In this document: piece by piece, positions 34,510 to 43,958 of the stretch
Position numbering within the stretch: position 1 is the first letter of the stretch
Layout: each line of letters begins with the position of its first letter
Source of the DNA: a virus
Taxonomy: Duplodnaviria > Caudoviricetes
Direction: 5' to 3' (one strand)
DNA: 47,957 bases
IMG/VR virus record: IMGVR_UViG_3300048892_000209
Coordinates: 1-47,957 of that record
The notes under the pieces: generated by a model
The model's input: the letters and a program-made list of their open reading frames with translations, nothing else
What the model was told of the DNA's origin: nothing
Databases searched by the model: none
Translations under genes and position numbers: made by a program

Positions 34510-34984
34510 CTGCCAACTCCCCGAAGGACCGCAAGATGGCATCGGTCACACCATGCTCGAATTGCGGATACCCCTCGACGACTCCTCGCTCGATGAAGTG
34601 CTTGCCGCGATATTTGCGGCCTCTCGCTCGCTGGCCATTGCCGACCCGCGAGACGAAGACCCCAGATCCGCGAAAGCGCAAGGCCTCCTTGCGCTTCGGA
34701 ACGATTTTCGTGCTGACGAGGCCTCCGAAGTTGAGGAGTCCCGCGATGCGATCCTGCATCTTCGGTCCGAGGGTGGTGATGAAGACGCTGCCGCTGACCC
34801 GCGCTTTCGTCGTGAAGTAGTGCGCCACGACAGCGGGCGCAGCCCGCTTCACCGGGGGCAGAAGCGCTCGCTGAGCCTGCTCTCGCATCCCCCGTGCCGC
34901 TTGCGCCCGAAGAGTGCGCCGCGCCATTTTGAACTCGGCGCTGGTCCGCTCAGCGTGGACGCTGACGTGGATCGTGTCGCTCAT
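34502..34984 (-). CDS. Neck/tail-completion protein (basic, HK97 gp10-like)
   Basis: IVPKRKEALRF...GKHFIERG; ATGA-coupled. Confidence 0.65.
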   Translation of the reverse strand: MSDTIHVSVHAERTSAEFKMARRTLRAQAARGMREQAQRALLPPVKRAAPAVVAHYFTTKARVSGSVFITTLGPKMQDRIAGLLNFGGLVSTKIVPKRKEALRFRGSGVFVSRVGNGQRARGRKYRGKHFIERGVVEGYPQFEHGVTDAILRSFGELADA

Positions 34985-35619
34985 GCATATGCCTGCCGCT
35001 TGTAGGGGAAGAGCATCCGAGCGGCAGCAGCAGGCAGTACTTCGGGCCGTTCTACGTGGGCCTCGTCGAGGTTGAAAACGGTCGAGAAGGCCGAGACATC
35101 GCGCCGGAGCCAGATTGCCACGGTCACGATCGCCGCCTGCTTCACATCGACCGGAACGCTCTCGAAGCCCCACTTGCCCGTGACCTCCACGACCCGCTGC
35201 TGCCAGCGCGACCGCGAGTGAACGAGATAAGGAGCCAACCGAAGGTAGGTGGTGGTGCCCTCCCGATTCGGTGCCGGCAGCCGGTACTCGTCAGGCGTCA
35301 GTTCGGTCGGGTCTTCCTCGTCTACGTCGATGCGAATTGACTCAAGCTCGCGGAGATCGAATGGGGCGACGGAGAGGAAGCCTCCGCCCCGATACTCGAA
35401 ATTCCGCGCCAGGCTTGCGTCTTCAGGCGGCATCAGGAACTCGCGTTCACAAAAGTTGCCAATAGCAAGGCCGGCCGCAGCGATCAGCGACTGGATAATC
35501 GTGTCCTGAGCAGTGTCGCCTTCCGGCTTCTGTAGGAAGGCGCGGACTTCATCGACGGTGATGAGGTCGGTTGGGACTTCGGGTCCTTCGCCTCCCGATC
35601 CGAACGTTTCGACCGGCAT
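34981..35619 (-). CDS. Head-tail adaptor (gp6-like)
   Basis: LITVDEVRAFL...IGNFCEREF...VTGKWGFESVPVDVKQA...LFPYKR. Confidence 0.85.
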   Translation of the reverse strand: MPVETFGSGGEGPEVPTDLITVDEVRAFLQKPEGDTAQDTIIQSLIAAAGLAIGNFCEREFLMPPEDASLARNFEYRGGGFLSVAPFDLRELESIRIDVDEEDPTELTPDEYRLPAPNREGTTTYLRLAPYLVHSRSRWQQRVVEVTGKWGFESVPVDVKQAAIVTVAIWLRRDVSAFSTVFNLDEAHVERPEVLPAAAARMLFPYKRQAYA

Positions 35620-35972
35620 CAGGGACCCTCGTTGTTGTCGACGATCTCGAAGCTCGGCTTCGGGTTCTTGTTCGGGAAGTATTGGATCTTCGGCGGGTCC
35701 GAGCTTTCGTCCCAGGTCACCTTGACTTCGACGTCGTATTTGTCGCCGACGTTGTCGAGGTCGCCTTCGTTCCAGACGTACCGGGCGTTGAATTCGTCTT
35801 CGTCGGGCGGGGTGATCGCTTCCACCTCGCCGCGGATCAGGTTGACCCCATCGAAGATCAGCGCCTCGGCTTTGTCCGCCGTGGAGATGTCGACGAGCTC
35901 GTCCTTGTCGTCCTTGAGCTGGAAGCGTTCGGGCGGCCAGGTTTCGCCCTTCGTGCGGGTGCTGTCAGCCAT
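35619..35972 (-). CDS. BppU-N-like beta-sandwich virion protein
   Basis: KGETWP...QLKD...VDISTA...YVWNEGDLDNVG.YDVEVKVTW...QYFP pattern. Confidence 0.65.
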   Translation of the reverse strand: MADSTRTKGETWPPERFQLKDDKDELVDISTADKAEALIFDGVNLIRGEVEAITPPDEDEFNARYVWNEGDLDNVGDKYDVEVKVTWDESSDPPKIQYFPNKNPKPSFEIVDNNEGP

Positions 35973-37332
35973 CTAGGCCCAGCTCCGTTGAAGGGGCGTC
36001 AGGGACAAGGCGACTGCCTGGAGACTCCGGTGCGAGGTCACTGGTTGGTCCCTCCGTCGTAAGGGTGTTGGAGACGCCGCCCTCGACTTCGAGAGCGGCG
36101 CTTGGCCCCTCGACCATCAGCGATGAGGCCGAGACGCTCACTGCGAGAGACGACGCGGCGCCGAAAAGGGCCAGCGTCGTCGGAAGATCCGAGAGCGGCG
36201 CTTCTCGGCCGGCGATGATCACTTCGGGCGCCGGCATCGCGACCACGATGACTGCGGATGGAGCAACCACCGTGAGGGCCATGCCGGGTGCTGCAGCGCC
36301 GGCACTCGCCTGAGCGGCTGGCGACTGAAGGGTCGCGCTGGGAACCGGCGCAGCCGCCCCAGCGACGGCGCTACCGCCAGGCGAGGCTACGGATGCCCCT
36401 GGTGTCGGGGGCGCGGCCCCTGCCACCGCTGAAGCCGAGGGAGCGGCCACTGCGGCGCTCAGGCCCGGAGCAGTCGCCGACGCACTGGCGCCGGCGGACA
36501 CCGCCCCGATCGAGGCCGACGGCGTGGGCACTGACCCGCCGGCGACGACCGATGCAGTCGGGGCGCTCATACTGACGGTCGGCAGTGGTGACGCGGACGA
36601 GAGGATTGCCACTGCGGTCGGGGCGGCGATCGTCACGTCCCCGGATTCCGTTGCCGCCCTGACCACCAAGGCCCCGAGACCCGCCTTGACCAGCGTGCCG
36701 CCGCTGACGACATACACGTCTTTGACTTTCACCGTTTTCGAGGTCGAGCCGGTGCGGCTGGCGATAGCGAGGCCCGATTCAGCCGAGGCCGATTTTTCGT
36801 GGACGGTGCTCCAGCCGGTTTCCAGCGACGGGGTCGGCGGAGCTTTAGTCGCGTCCACATCGATGCACAGCAAGGTCTCGTCTTCGGCGCGCGGGGCTTC
36901 GCTGAGTTCCCGGGACTCTTCACCGTCACCAATGTTGCTGGTGCCGCTGCTGACGATCCCCCCGATCGGCGTGGTCGTGTCATAGCCGGTATAGGCAAGG
37001 ACAGAGACGACGTATTCGTAGATATTGAGGTTGCTCGGGTCGTCAACCGTGATCGCCATTTTCGCCGGGGATCCCCCGACCGGCGCGGTGAACCACGTTG
37101 CTTTCGTCGACCAAGCTGGTTTCAGGGTGGTGTTGGCACCGCGGTTCGTCCAGGTGAGGCCGCCGCCTTCGATGGTGCCGACCCCCATTTCGGATTCGCC
37201 TTCTTTCCGCATCCGGTACACGCGGACGACGAGAAGGGAGTTAGCGGGCGGCGTGAATTCTTCGGTGGTGAATGCCGGCGTGCCGGCGTTCAGTTTGCTG
37301 AAGATCCCGACGTTGGTGCGGGCGAGGGCCAT
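35965..37332 (-). CDS. Virion structural protein with Ala/Ser/Pro-rich repetitive stalk
   Basis: Beta-rich N-domain followed by approximately 21-aa APxAxAxAxAPxPS repeats; start ATG 37332. Confidence 0.7.
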   Translation of the reverse strand: MALARTNVGIFSKLNAGTPAFTTEEFTPPANSLLVVRVYRMRKEGESEMGVGTIEGGGLTWTNRGANTTLKPAWSTKATWFTAPVGGSPAKMAITVDDPSNLNIYEYVVSVLAYTGYDTTTPIGGIVSSGTSNIGDGEESRELSEAPRAEDETLLCIDVDATKAPPTPSLETGWSTVHEKSASAESGLAIASRTGSTSKTVKVKDVYVVSGGTLVKAGLGALVVRAATESGDVTIAAPTAVAILSSASPLPTVSMSAPTASVVAGGSVPTPSASIGAVSAGASASATAPGLSAAVAAPSASAVAGAAPPTPGASVASPGGSAVAGAAAPVPSATLQSPAAQASAGAAAPGMALTVVAPSAVIVVAMPAPEVIIAGREAPLSDLPTTLALFGAASSLAVSVSASSLMVEGPSAALEVEGGVSNTLTTEGPTSDLAPESPGSRLVPDAPSTELGLDG

Positions 37333-37343
37333 CAGCAGATCCC

Positions 37344-37790
37344 CTATTCGATTTTGGCAAACAGCACCCCCGACGTGGCCCATTCGACCGTGAATTTCCC
37401 TCCGGCCGGGACCGTCATGCTCGCGCCGAAGTCGACATAGCCGGCCAGCGGCGAGGTCGATGAGGTGCCCGTCGACTTGTAGACGATCGCGTAGCGGGCG
37501 GTGACGCTCGAGGTCGTGATCGTCCAGACGGCGGTTGCCGCCTTCAGGCGGGTTTCAAGTTCTTTCTGTTCGACTTCACAGCTCGTGAGCACAAGGCCGC
37601 CAGCGGTGTAGCCGTTTTCGGTGCCGAGCTCGTTCGTGATGTCGCTGAAGAAGGCGTGCGTTTTCTGGTTTGGCGTGTAGCTCGCCGTGCAGAGCGCCAG
37701 CTTCATCGTGTCCGAGTCGAAGTCGAACGGCGGGCTGCCGTTGAAGAATCCTTTGAGGGGTGCGGCGTACCACTTCGCGCTGACAGCCAT
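37344..37790 (-). CDS. Conserved virion structural protein
   Basis: DFDSDTMKLAL...NEL...GYTAGG...ARYAIVYK...PLAGYVDFG pattern is common in head/neck regions. Confidence 0.75.
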   Translation of the reverse strand: MAVSAKWYAAPLKGFFNGSPPFDFDSDTMKLALCTASYTPNQKTHAFFSDITNELGTENGYTAGGLVLTSCEVEQKELETRLKAATAVWTITTSSVTARYAIVYKSTGTSSTSPLAGYVDFGASMTVPAGGKFTVEWATSGVLFAKIE

Positions 37791-37793
37791 CTC

Positions 37794-37991
37794 CTATAGC
37801 TCCGTCGCCGGCTTCGCCTTGGCTTTTTTCGCGGCGCGCTTCTGAGGGGGTGCGCCTTCTGCGCCGAGAGCGTCAAGCTGGGCTTGGACTTCCTTTACTC
37901 GGTCGGTCTTGCCGTACTTCTCGTAGCCCTCCTGCTCCCGCACCAAGGCGGCGATGCGATCTGCGCGCTGCTGATCGGTGAGGCTCTCCAT
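37794..37991 (-). CDS. Small protein after capsid
   Basis: GGAAGGAA RBS; IAALVREQEGY...VQAQL. Confidence 0.7.
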   Translation of the reverse strand: MESLTDQQRADRIAALVREQEGYEKYGKTDRVKEVQAQLDALGAEGAPPQKRAAKKAKAKPATEL

Positions 37992-38013
37992 CGGAATTCC
38001 TTCCTCTCCCGTT

Positions 38014-38048
38014 GCCCCCGGCCGGGAGGGATGGTCTCGGCCGGGGGC
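38014..38048 (-). terminator. GC stem-loop downstream of major capsid gene
   Basis: GCCCCCGGCCG ... CGGCCGGGGGC. Confidence 0.55.
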
Positions 38049-38076
38049 GGTGGGAGGAGTGACTTCCAGGCGGGGC

Positions 38077-39504
38077 CTAGAAGCTGGGCGTGGCCAGGCC
38101 GGTGCCGGAGATGACCGTGATGGCCTTCGGGCGCCGGGCGTGGAGCTGAGCCCAGTAGTTGTGCAGACGGAACCGGACCGTCATGTTCCCGGAGCCGACG
38201 TCGCGGAACGTCTCCAGGTACGGGCCGTTCGGGTCCTCGTAGAGGTACAGCTCGTCGCGGCGGACGATGATGACGCGGTCCTCGTTGGTCCCCGAGCCGA
38301 GGTTGGTCGGGATATTCGGGTCGACCCAGACCGGGATGCCCTGGATCGCCCCCACCGGACCGGTGGCGATCACGCCGTCCGTGACGCCAGCGGCGTTCGC
38401 CGGGGCGTAGGACGTGATCAGCGGACGGTTCTGGGAATCCTGAGCAGCCAGGCAGAACGCCCACCGACGCGGGTGCATGAAGATCGCATCCGCCGGCATG
38501 AAGACGCCTTCGTGGATGTTCGCGATCCCCTGCGCGATTTTCGGATACAGCTCGCTCAGGGTCGGAGAGCCGTCGGTGTAGGTGACGGCGTTGACTTCCG
38601 AGACCTGGAGCAGGCCCTTGTTGTTGGACGTCGAGGAGTTGATGACGTCCTGGTCGAGCCGGACCGCGTACTGCTTGGTCAGGTCGGCGTAGATGATCCC
38701 GTCAACGCCCGGCACCGAGCGGTCGATGAGCTGCTGGGAGACGTCCTGCAGACCTGCCTTGGTCTTGACGTCCGCAGCGATCGTCCCGAACGTCGCATCC
38801 TGCTCTTTGACGGCTTCGTTGTCGGCCTGGTTGGCAACGTCGGTGCCGGTGTTGAGCTTCGGGATGTTGACGCTGTCGGTGTTCGGCGGCAGGTTTTTGA
38901 TGCCGATCGCGTCAGCAATGACGCGGCCTGCCGTCGCACGGTCGATGAACTCGTCCTGCAGGTACAGCGGGGCGACGAGGTAGCCGCCGGCTTCGTCGGT
39001 GGAGCTGAGGTCGAAACGGCCCTCAGCCTCCATCTCGGTCATGTGCCGAGCCAGCCGCTCCGCAGCGCCCGAGTCCTGCCGGATGTCGCGGTTGTAGAGG
39101 TCGCGGAAGAACGAGCGACCCCCGTTGGGGCGGTAGGTGAGCTCGGCTTTCGCGCCTTTCGGACGCGCCGGCTCACCGACCGGAGCACGGTCGGCCGCCG
39201 TAGCCTCAACTTCCGGCTCGGGCTCAGGAGCATCCGGAATGGCAATGGCACGGGCCTCGGCGGTCCGTTTGGCGAATTCCGCGCGCCGATCCAGCGTCTC
39301 TTTCGAGTCGTTGGCGAGGGTCTCGGCGGCGCTGAACGCCTCCTCGGCCTCGGTCAGCGAGGCGTTGAGGGAATCAAGATCGGCACCCTCCTCGGCCTCG
39401 GACAGGGCTTTCGCGGCGGCGTCGACAGCGTCGGCCGCCTCATGGAGTGCGGAGACCGCTTTGCGGTACTCCTCCTCCGGAGGAACAGCGATAGTCGGGG
39501 GCAT
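38077..39504 (-). CDS. Major capsid protein (HK97 fold with N-terminal delta domain)
   Basis: Coiled N-terminus; AGGYLVAP, VNIPK, VSQQLIDRS, MHPRRW, GIPVWVD motifs. Confidence 0.93.
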   Translation of the reverse strand: MPPTIAVPPEEEYRKAVSALHEAADAVDAAAKALSEAEEGADLDSLNASLTEAEEAFSAAETLANDSKETLDRRAEFAKRTAEARAIAIPDAPEPEPEVEATAADRAPVGEPARPKGAKAELTYRPNGGRSFFRDLYNRDIRQDSGAAERLARHMTEMEAEGRFDLSSTDEAGGYLVAPLYLQDEFIDRATAGRVIADAIGIKNLPPNTDSVNIPKLNTGTDVANQADNEAVKEQDATFGTIAADVKTKAGLQDVSQQLIDRSVPGVDGIIYADLTKQYAVRLDQDVINSSTSNNKGLLQVSEVNAVTYTDGSPTLSELYPKIAQGIANIHEGVFMPADAIFMHPRRWAFCLAAQDSQNRPLITSYAPANAAGVTDGVIATGPVGAIQGIPVWVDPNIPTNLGSGTNEDRVIIVRRDELYLYEDPNGPYLETFRDVGSGNMTVRFRLHNYWAQLHARRPKAITVISGTGLATPSF

Positions 39505-39520
39505 CAGCCCCTCCTTTGAA

Positions 39521-40237
39521 CTAGCGGTGGATCACACGCGCTGCGCGCGTTCGTGCGCGCGACGCGGCAATCCGAGCGCCCACCTCGAGAGGTGCGACCT
39601 CGGCACCGTCCGGCTCCTCATCGGAGTCCGCGGCGGCGTCACCGTCCAGCTCCTCGGCGGGAGCTGCGGCGGCATCGGTCCGTCCTTCGACGCGACCGGC
39701 CTCTATTGCTGAGGCAAGATCTGCTGCAAGTCGTGAGTCGGTCTGCGGGAAAGCCCCTTGGGCGCAGACCGTGACGTCGTAGAGCGCGGAGACCTCTTCG
39801 ATCGTCCGGGTGATCTCTTCGCCCGATTCAGTCCAGGTATCGGCGCCGATGTCGCAGGCGAAGCTCATCTGGTCGATGTAGCCGCCCTCCATCAGGACCG
39901 CCAGGTCATCGACGTAGCTCACCGGCGCCAGGCGACACCAGACATGGAGGCCCATCGGGTCTTCACGCAGCTCAAGCGTGTTGTTGCGGGTCCTTCCCAT
40001 CGTCCAACGGGTGTCGTGGTCCCAGACCATGTGGACATCGGGGTTCGTGTCCAGGATCCCCGAGAAGGCACCCGGAGCAATTTTCGTCCTGAAGCCTCCG
40101 AGGTCATGCGAGAGACGGTCAAAGACTGCGGCGTGGCCGCGGAAGATCCGACCTCCGCCCTCCGCGCCCGAATTGGCGAATTGCTCGAGAGAGAACGGAA
40201 AGGTGAAGTGGGCGGCGGTGGCGGGCGCGATCGACAT
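39521..40237 (-). CDS. HK97-family prohead protease
   Basis: FRGHAAVFD..S.DLGGF...WDHD...TLELRED..GL...QMSFA...LYDVTV...AFPQT. Confidence 0.93.
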   Translation of the reverse strand: MSIAPATAAHFTFPFSLEQFANSGAEGGGRIFRGHAAVFDRLSHDLGGFRTKIAPGAFSGILDTNPDVHMVWDHDTRWTMGRTRNNTLELREDPMGLHVWCRLAPVSYVDDLAVLMEGGYIDQMSFACDIGADTWTESGEEITRTIEEVSALYDVTVCAQGAFPQTDSRLAADLASAIEAGRVEGRTDAAAAPAEELDGDAAADSDEEPDGAEVAPLEVGARIAASRARTRAARVIHR

Positions 40238-40251
40238 GTGATGGCCCTCCT

Positions 40252-41481
40252 TTAGGCCAATGCTGCGGTTTGGGGTGCTGCTTCTTCTCCCGGATTGGGC
40301 GCACCGCCCACGGGCGTTTCCTGCAAGACGTCACCGCCCTCGATGGGCTCCAATCCCTCGGCTTGACGGATCTCATTGGGAGTCCGCCAACCACCCTGCC
40401 GGGAGAGGCGGTGGCCTTCGTAGCGGGTTTTCATGTCCGGCTTCAGCAGCTCGTCGTGGTTGTGCTCGACGTTCCAATCCGAGCCGGGAAAGAGATCTTC
40501 GTCAGCGGCCAAGCCTTGACAGAGCCGGGCCTGCCAGGGCGCCAGCCCGTAGGTCAGAAAGCGCATGTTCTCCGTCTCGGGAGTCGTGGCCACCGATTTC
40601 AGTGGCGGCTCGTCGAGCATTCCCGATGGCACGCCCGTCATCCGAGCGATGTCCTGAACAGCGAATCGCTGGGCGGCGATGAACTCCGCGTCCGACAGCG
40701 AGACGGCGATACGGTCGATCGACCAGCCGCCCCACATCATCGCCGGCCGACCCGCCGAGCCGACGCCGCCATGACGGGATTCAAAGCTGTCCCGAAGTTC
40801 GTTCCGCTGAGATAGCGTTGGAGATTCCGGGTGCTTGAGCACGACGCCGGGCTGACCATCGTTGGCCAGGTAGCGCCCCTCAAACTCCTGTCGCGCGAGC
40901 GAGGTGCCGATCCCGTTTCGAAGCGCCTCAACGAGGCTGACTCCTACGAGCGGGTCCTCAAGCACGATCCCAGGGATGTCGATGATCTCGGCTTTCGTCA
41001 CCTCCCGAATGACAGGGCCGCCGGGCAGCTTGCGGATCTCGTAGGTGATGCCGCCCTCGTTGCGCTTCATCCGGACAAGGGTTGGCACGAGCGGATACAG
41101 GGCCACGACCTTGCCACGGACCTTGACCTTCCAGAAGTAGGCATTCCCGCGAAGCAGCGAGGCGTAGGCGAACGACCAGACCTGGAAAGGCGTCATGTCT
41201 AGGTTCGGTTTCCGCAGTACCTCAAGCTGATCAGCCTGCGGCAGGACTTTCTTTTCCGGAATCTGCCCCTGCGAGACCACCATCGGCATCCCCGCGGTGG
41301 TCTCGCATATCAGCCGGATCGCCCGCATAAAGGCCGGCAGGCCGACTGCCTCTGAGAGGGTCACGCGCCTGCCCGAGTAGGAGAGCGCCCCGCCCCACTG
41401 CGATGGCCTCGGAATCGGCACACTCGAATCGAAGGCGCCGCTGAACATCTCTCGGTCGCCGAAGGGCGTCTTCAGGATCAT
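40252..41481 (-). CDS. Portal protein (HK97 family)
   Basis: KPNLDMTPFQ...LLRGNAY...LYPL...DIARMTGVP...TPNEIRQAEGLEPIEGGD. Confidence 0.95.
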   Translation of the reverse strand: MILKTPFGDREMFSGAFDSSVPIPRPSQWGGALSYSGRRVTLSEAVGLPAFMRAIRLICETTAGMPMVVSQGQIPEKKVLPQADQLEVLRKPNLDMTPFQVWSFAYASLLRGNAYFWKVKVRGKVVALYPLVPTLVRMKRNEGGITYEIRKLPGGPVIREVTKAEIIDIPGIVLEDPLVGVSLVEALRNGIGTSLARQEFEGRYLANDGQPGVVLKHPESPTLSQRNELRDSFESRHGGVGSAGRPAMMWGGWSIDRIAVSLSDAEFIAAQRFAVQDIARMTGVPSGMLDEPPLKSVATTPETENMRFLTYGLAPWQARLCQGLAADEDLFPGSDWNVEHNHDELLKPDMKTRYEGHRLSRQGGWRTPNEIRQAEGLEPIEGGDVLQETPVGGAPNPGEEAAPQTAALA

Positions 41482-41486
41482 CCCGC

Positions 41487-41711
41487 TCAGACCAGAACCT
41501 GCTTGAAGACCACATTCCCCCGGGGGATCTCGATTTGCCCGGTGAGGCTGACGCTCGCCTCCTCCTCCTCAAGCACCTTTGCCGAGAGCAAGACGAGGTC
41601 GTGCCGAGTTTCGGCGACGAGGATCCCCTCGATGGTCAGCGACTTGCCTTCGGCGATCATGTGGATCCGAACGCGCCTGGTGCCGCGGGTCGCAAACGGG
41701 TTCCTCACCAT
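41487..41711 (-). CDS. Small protein between terminase and portal
   Basis: TIEGIL...LVLLSA...GQIEIPRGNVVFKQV (Sm-like beta pattern). Confidence 0.7.
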   Translation of the reverse strand: MVRNPFATRGTRRVRIHMIAEGKSLTIEGILVAETRHDLVLLSAKVLEEEEASVSLTGQIEIPRGNVVFKQVLV

Positions 41712-43360
41712 TCGAAGCCTCCTTCGGGGGCTGGCTGCAGGGCTTCTTCGATCCCCATCACGAGGCAGATACAGGCGTCGATGATCTTCCGAGACGCCGC
41801 CTTGGAAAATCGCCAGCCCTCGGCGACGGGTTTGCTACCAGCAGAGGTGACATGCGAGCGCAGCACCTTGTCGCCATCGTGCTTGATCTTCCCGTCGTGA
41901 ACCGCGTCGTAGAAGGCTTTCGAGGCCGGGACCAGACGCGCCGGCGATTGGGGGAATTCGACCATCAGGAAGCCTTCGTCGGATAGCTCCTCTGGATCGA
42001 AGAGGTGGGGGTCGTAGATGACCCCGAGCACCTCGGCGCCGCGATCGCGGATGGAGCGGATGTGGCCGCGGACCAGGGACTGCCCAATAGTCGGGGTGTC
42101 GACGAGCGTGTGCGCGGCCGGCTGAGCGCGGCCCGCCTTCTTCTGTCGGCGGGCCCAGACCTGGGCGTGGGGAACCACAACCTCCCTGTCCGGATCCCGC
42201 CAAAGCTCGACGACCGCGCAGCCGTCGCTTTTGCGGGCATAGTCGACAACGACCCAGCGCGGGGCGCCTCCGGGAATCTTGGAACCGTCATCGCCCACGT
42301 CCCAGATCGCTTCATTGATCACCGCGTCGGCGGCCTGTGCCCAGACGTTGGCGCGATAACGGGCGAAGGTCGCTTCCTCCAAAGTCTCGTGCCCGTCCTC
42401 GAGCCCAGCGATCGTCACGAAGCTGGCGGGGTTGGCGAGCTTCACCACCGCCATGTCGTCGAGATTGTCATCGGGCCTGCAGGCCCACTCCAACATGCAG
42501 GTGTTGCCACTCTTGGACTCGACGATCGTCAGCCGGCCCCTACTGCTCTTGACCGCTTTGCACCGATTGTCGATGACGAGTTCGCGGCGGATCTTGCCGC
42601 CAGAGTGCTCGAAGGCGTAGACCTGCAAGCGCTTGATCCCGAGCGGCGAGTTCTCCTCGTCGTGGCCGGCGGTGGAGATCGTGATGACGAGTCCGCCGCG
42701 CTTGAAGGTCGCCGAGCGCAGGGCGGTGTACAGGCTGTCGTTGTCGTGGGCGTGAAGCTCGTCGATCAGCGCCAGCGACGGGTTGTAGGAGTGCCGCTTG
42801 CCGCCGCCTTTGGACTGGTCGGAGGCGAGCACCTTAATGAAGCCCTGGTCGCCCTTGCGGCGGATTTCCTTCGTCGACTTCCGGAGGTCGAGAAGCGCGG
42901 CGATCTCCGGCTCCGACTCCACGAAGTGTGAGGCGAACCGGAACATCGTTTTCGCCTGCTCGGTATCGGCGGCACCGATGAAGCACTCGGCGTTGTCGAC
43001 CGTCAGCAGATGGAAGACAGCGAGGGCTGCAAAGAGAAGCGTCTTGCCGTTTCCCTTGGGCAGCAGAACCAGCACCTCTGCCCGGCCGGTCTTGAAGGCC
43101 ATCTTGAGGATGAACTTCTGAAACGGCTCAAGGCGAAGCGGCTTCGGCGGCCCAGTGTATTCAACATCAGTGACCGGGAGGGTCAGGCATTCGGCAAACC
43201 AGATGAAGAACTCGTAGCTCCAGCGGATCTTGCCGCGGGGGCGCTTCGCCCCTTTACTCGAACCCGAACTTCCCGCCCTCGGCCGCTTGCCTCTCTGCGA
43301 GGCGGTGCTGCTCGCGCGCTTTCGGCGTGAGGAGGAGGTCTCGGGCGTAGTCGTGGGCAT
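41705..43360 (-). CDS. terL: Terminase large subunit
   Basis: LEPFQ, PKGNGKT (Walker A), LIDELH (Walker B), ISTAG, ANP, YDP, IDAC nuclease motifs. Confidence 0.95.
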   Translation of the reverse strand: MPTTTPETSSSRRKRASSTASQRGKRPRAGSSGSSKGAKRPRGKIRWSYEFFIWFAECLTLPVTDVEYTGPPKPLRLEPFQKFILKMAFKTGRAEVLVLLPKGNGKTLLFAALAVFHLLTVDNAECFIGAADTEQAKTMFRFASHFVESEPEIAALLDLRKSTKEIRRKGDQGFIKVLASDQSKGGGKRHSYNPSLALIDELHAHDNDSLYTALRSATFKRGGLVITISTAGHDEENSPLGIKRLQVYAFEHSGGKIRRELVIDNRCKAVKSSRGRLTIVESKSGNTCMLEWACRPDDNLDDMAVVKLANPASFVTIAGLEDGHETLEEATFARYRANVWAQAADAVINEAIWDVGDDGSKIPGGAPRWVVVDYARKSDGCAVVELWRDPDREVVVPHAQVWARRQKKAGRAQPAAHTLVDTPTIGQSLVRGHIRSIRDRGAEVLGVIYDPHLFDPEELSDEGFLMVEFPQSPARLVPASKAFYDAVHDGKIKHDGDKVLRSHVTSAGSKPVAEGWRFSKAASRKIIDACICLVMGIEEALQPAPEGGFEW

Positions 43361-43634
43361 CGCGTTCTGACTCGCGCGCGGTTTTGACGTTCGGGTGCTG
43401 CACGAGCTGCCCTTGAGAGCCGCGCGCGGTCAGCTCCAAGGTCCCGTCTTTCTTGCGAGGGATTCCTTCCCACGCCAAGCGCGCTCGTTCGAGAGCCCGG
43501 ACATAGCGCTCAAGGGTCGCCATGTCGGATTCCTGCCAGGTGCCCTGCTCCTCGAGCTGCTTCTGGGTCTTCTTCCAGACTTTCTTCGCGTCGGCGTCGA
43601 CATCCGCCGGAGGGGGGAATGGGGAACGAGGCAT
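43254..43634 (-). CDS. terS: Terminase small subunit (P27 family)
   Basis: PPPADVD..AKKVW...DMATLERY...VQHPNV...LLLTPKAR. Confidence 0.9.
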   Translation of the reverse strand: MPRSPFPPPADVDADAKKVWKKTQKQLEEQGTWQESDMATLERYVRALERARLAWEGIPRKKDGTLELTARGSQGQLVQHPNVKTARESERDAHDYARDLLLTPKAREQHRLAERQAAEGGKFGFE

Positions 43635-43734
43635 GACGGCCTCCGTGGTCGCCGAGAACGAAAAGGGAGCCGAAAGGGAGGATCGCTAGGCGCGCGCGCG
43701 TCTATGTAGAGCGGCGGCCGAAAAACAGATCGAA

Positions 43735-43810
43735 TCGGCGATTTTTTTGAGCGTGCCTACTGCGCGGTGCAGGTGGGGGCGCCCAACGCTAGGCACCCCC
43801 CCTTTTGGGG
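43735..43810. other. Probable cos/packaging-site region
   Basis: On minus, a G-run (GGGGGGGTG)...CCCCCAC...GCACGCTC followed by an A-run just upstream of terS; typical of cos phages with HNH and P27 terminase. Confidence 0.5.
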
Positions 43811-43951
43811 TTCAGCGCAGCTCGACCTCGCACAGATCGCTGGCTGAGGGATGCCAGCCCAGCGCATGTCCTTGGCGATGTCCCTTGGTAGGTCGACGAT
43901 CAGCCTCTTCAGCATCTCGACCGTGTCCTCGGAAGTCCGCTCCACGTGCAA
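43757..43951 (-). CDS. Hypothetical protein
   Basis: Short ORF overlapping the putative cos region. Confidence 0.3.
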   Translation of the reverse strand: MHVERTSEDTVEMLKRLIVDLPRDIAKDMRWAGIPQPAICARSSCAEPQKGGCLALGAPTCTAQ

Positions 43952-43958
43952 AGGGTAG

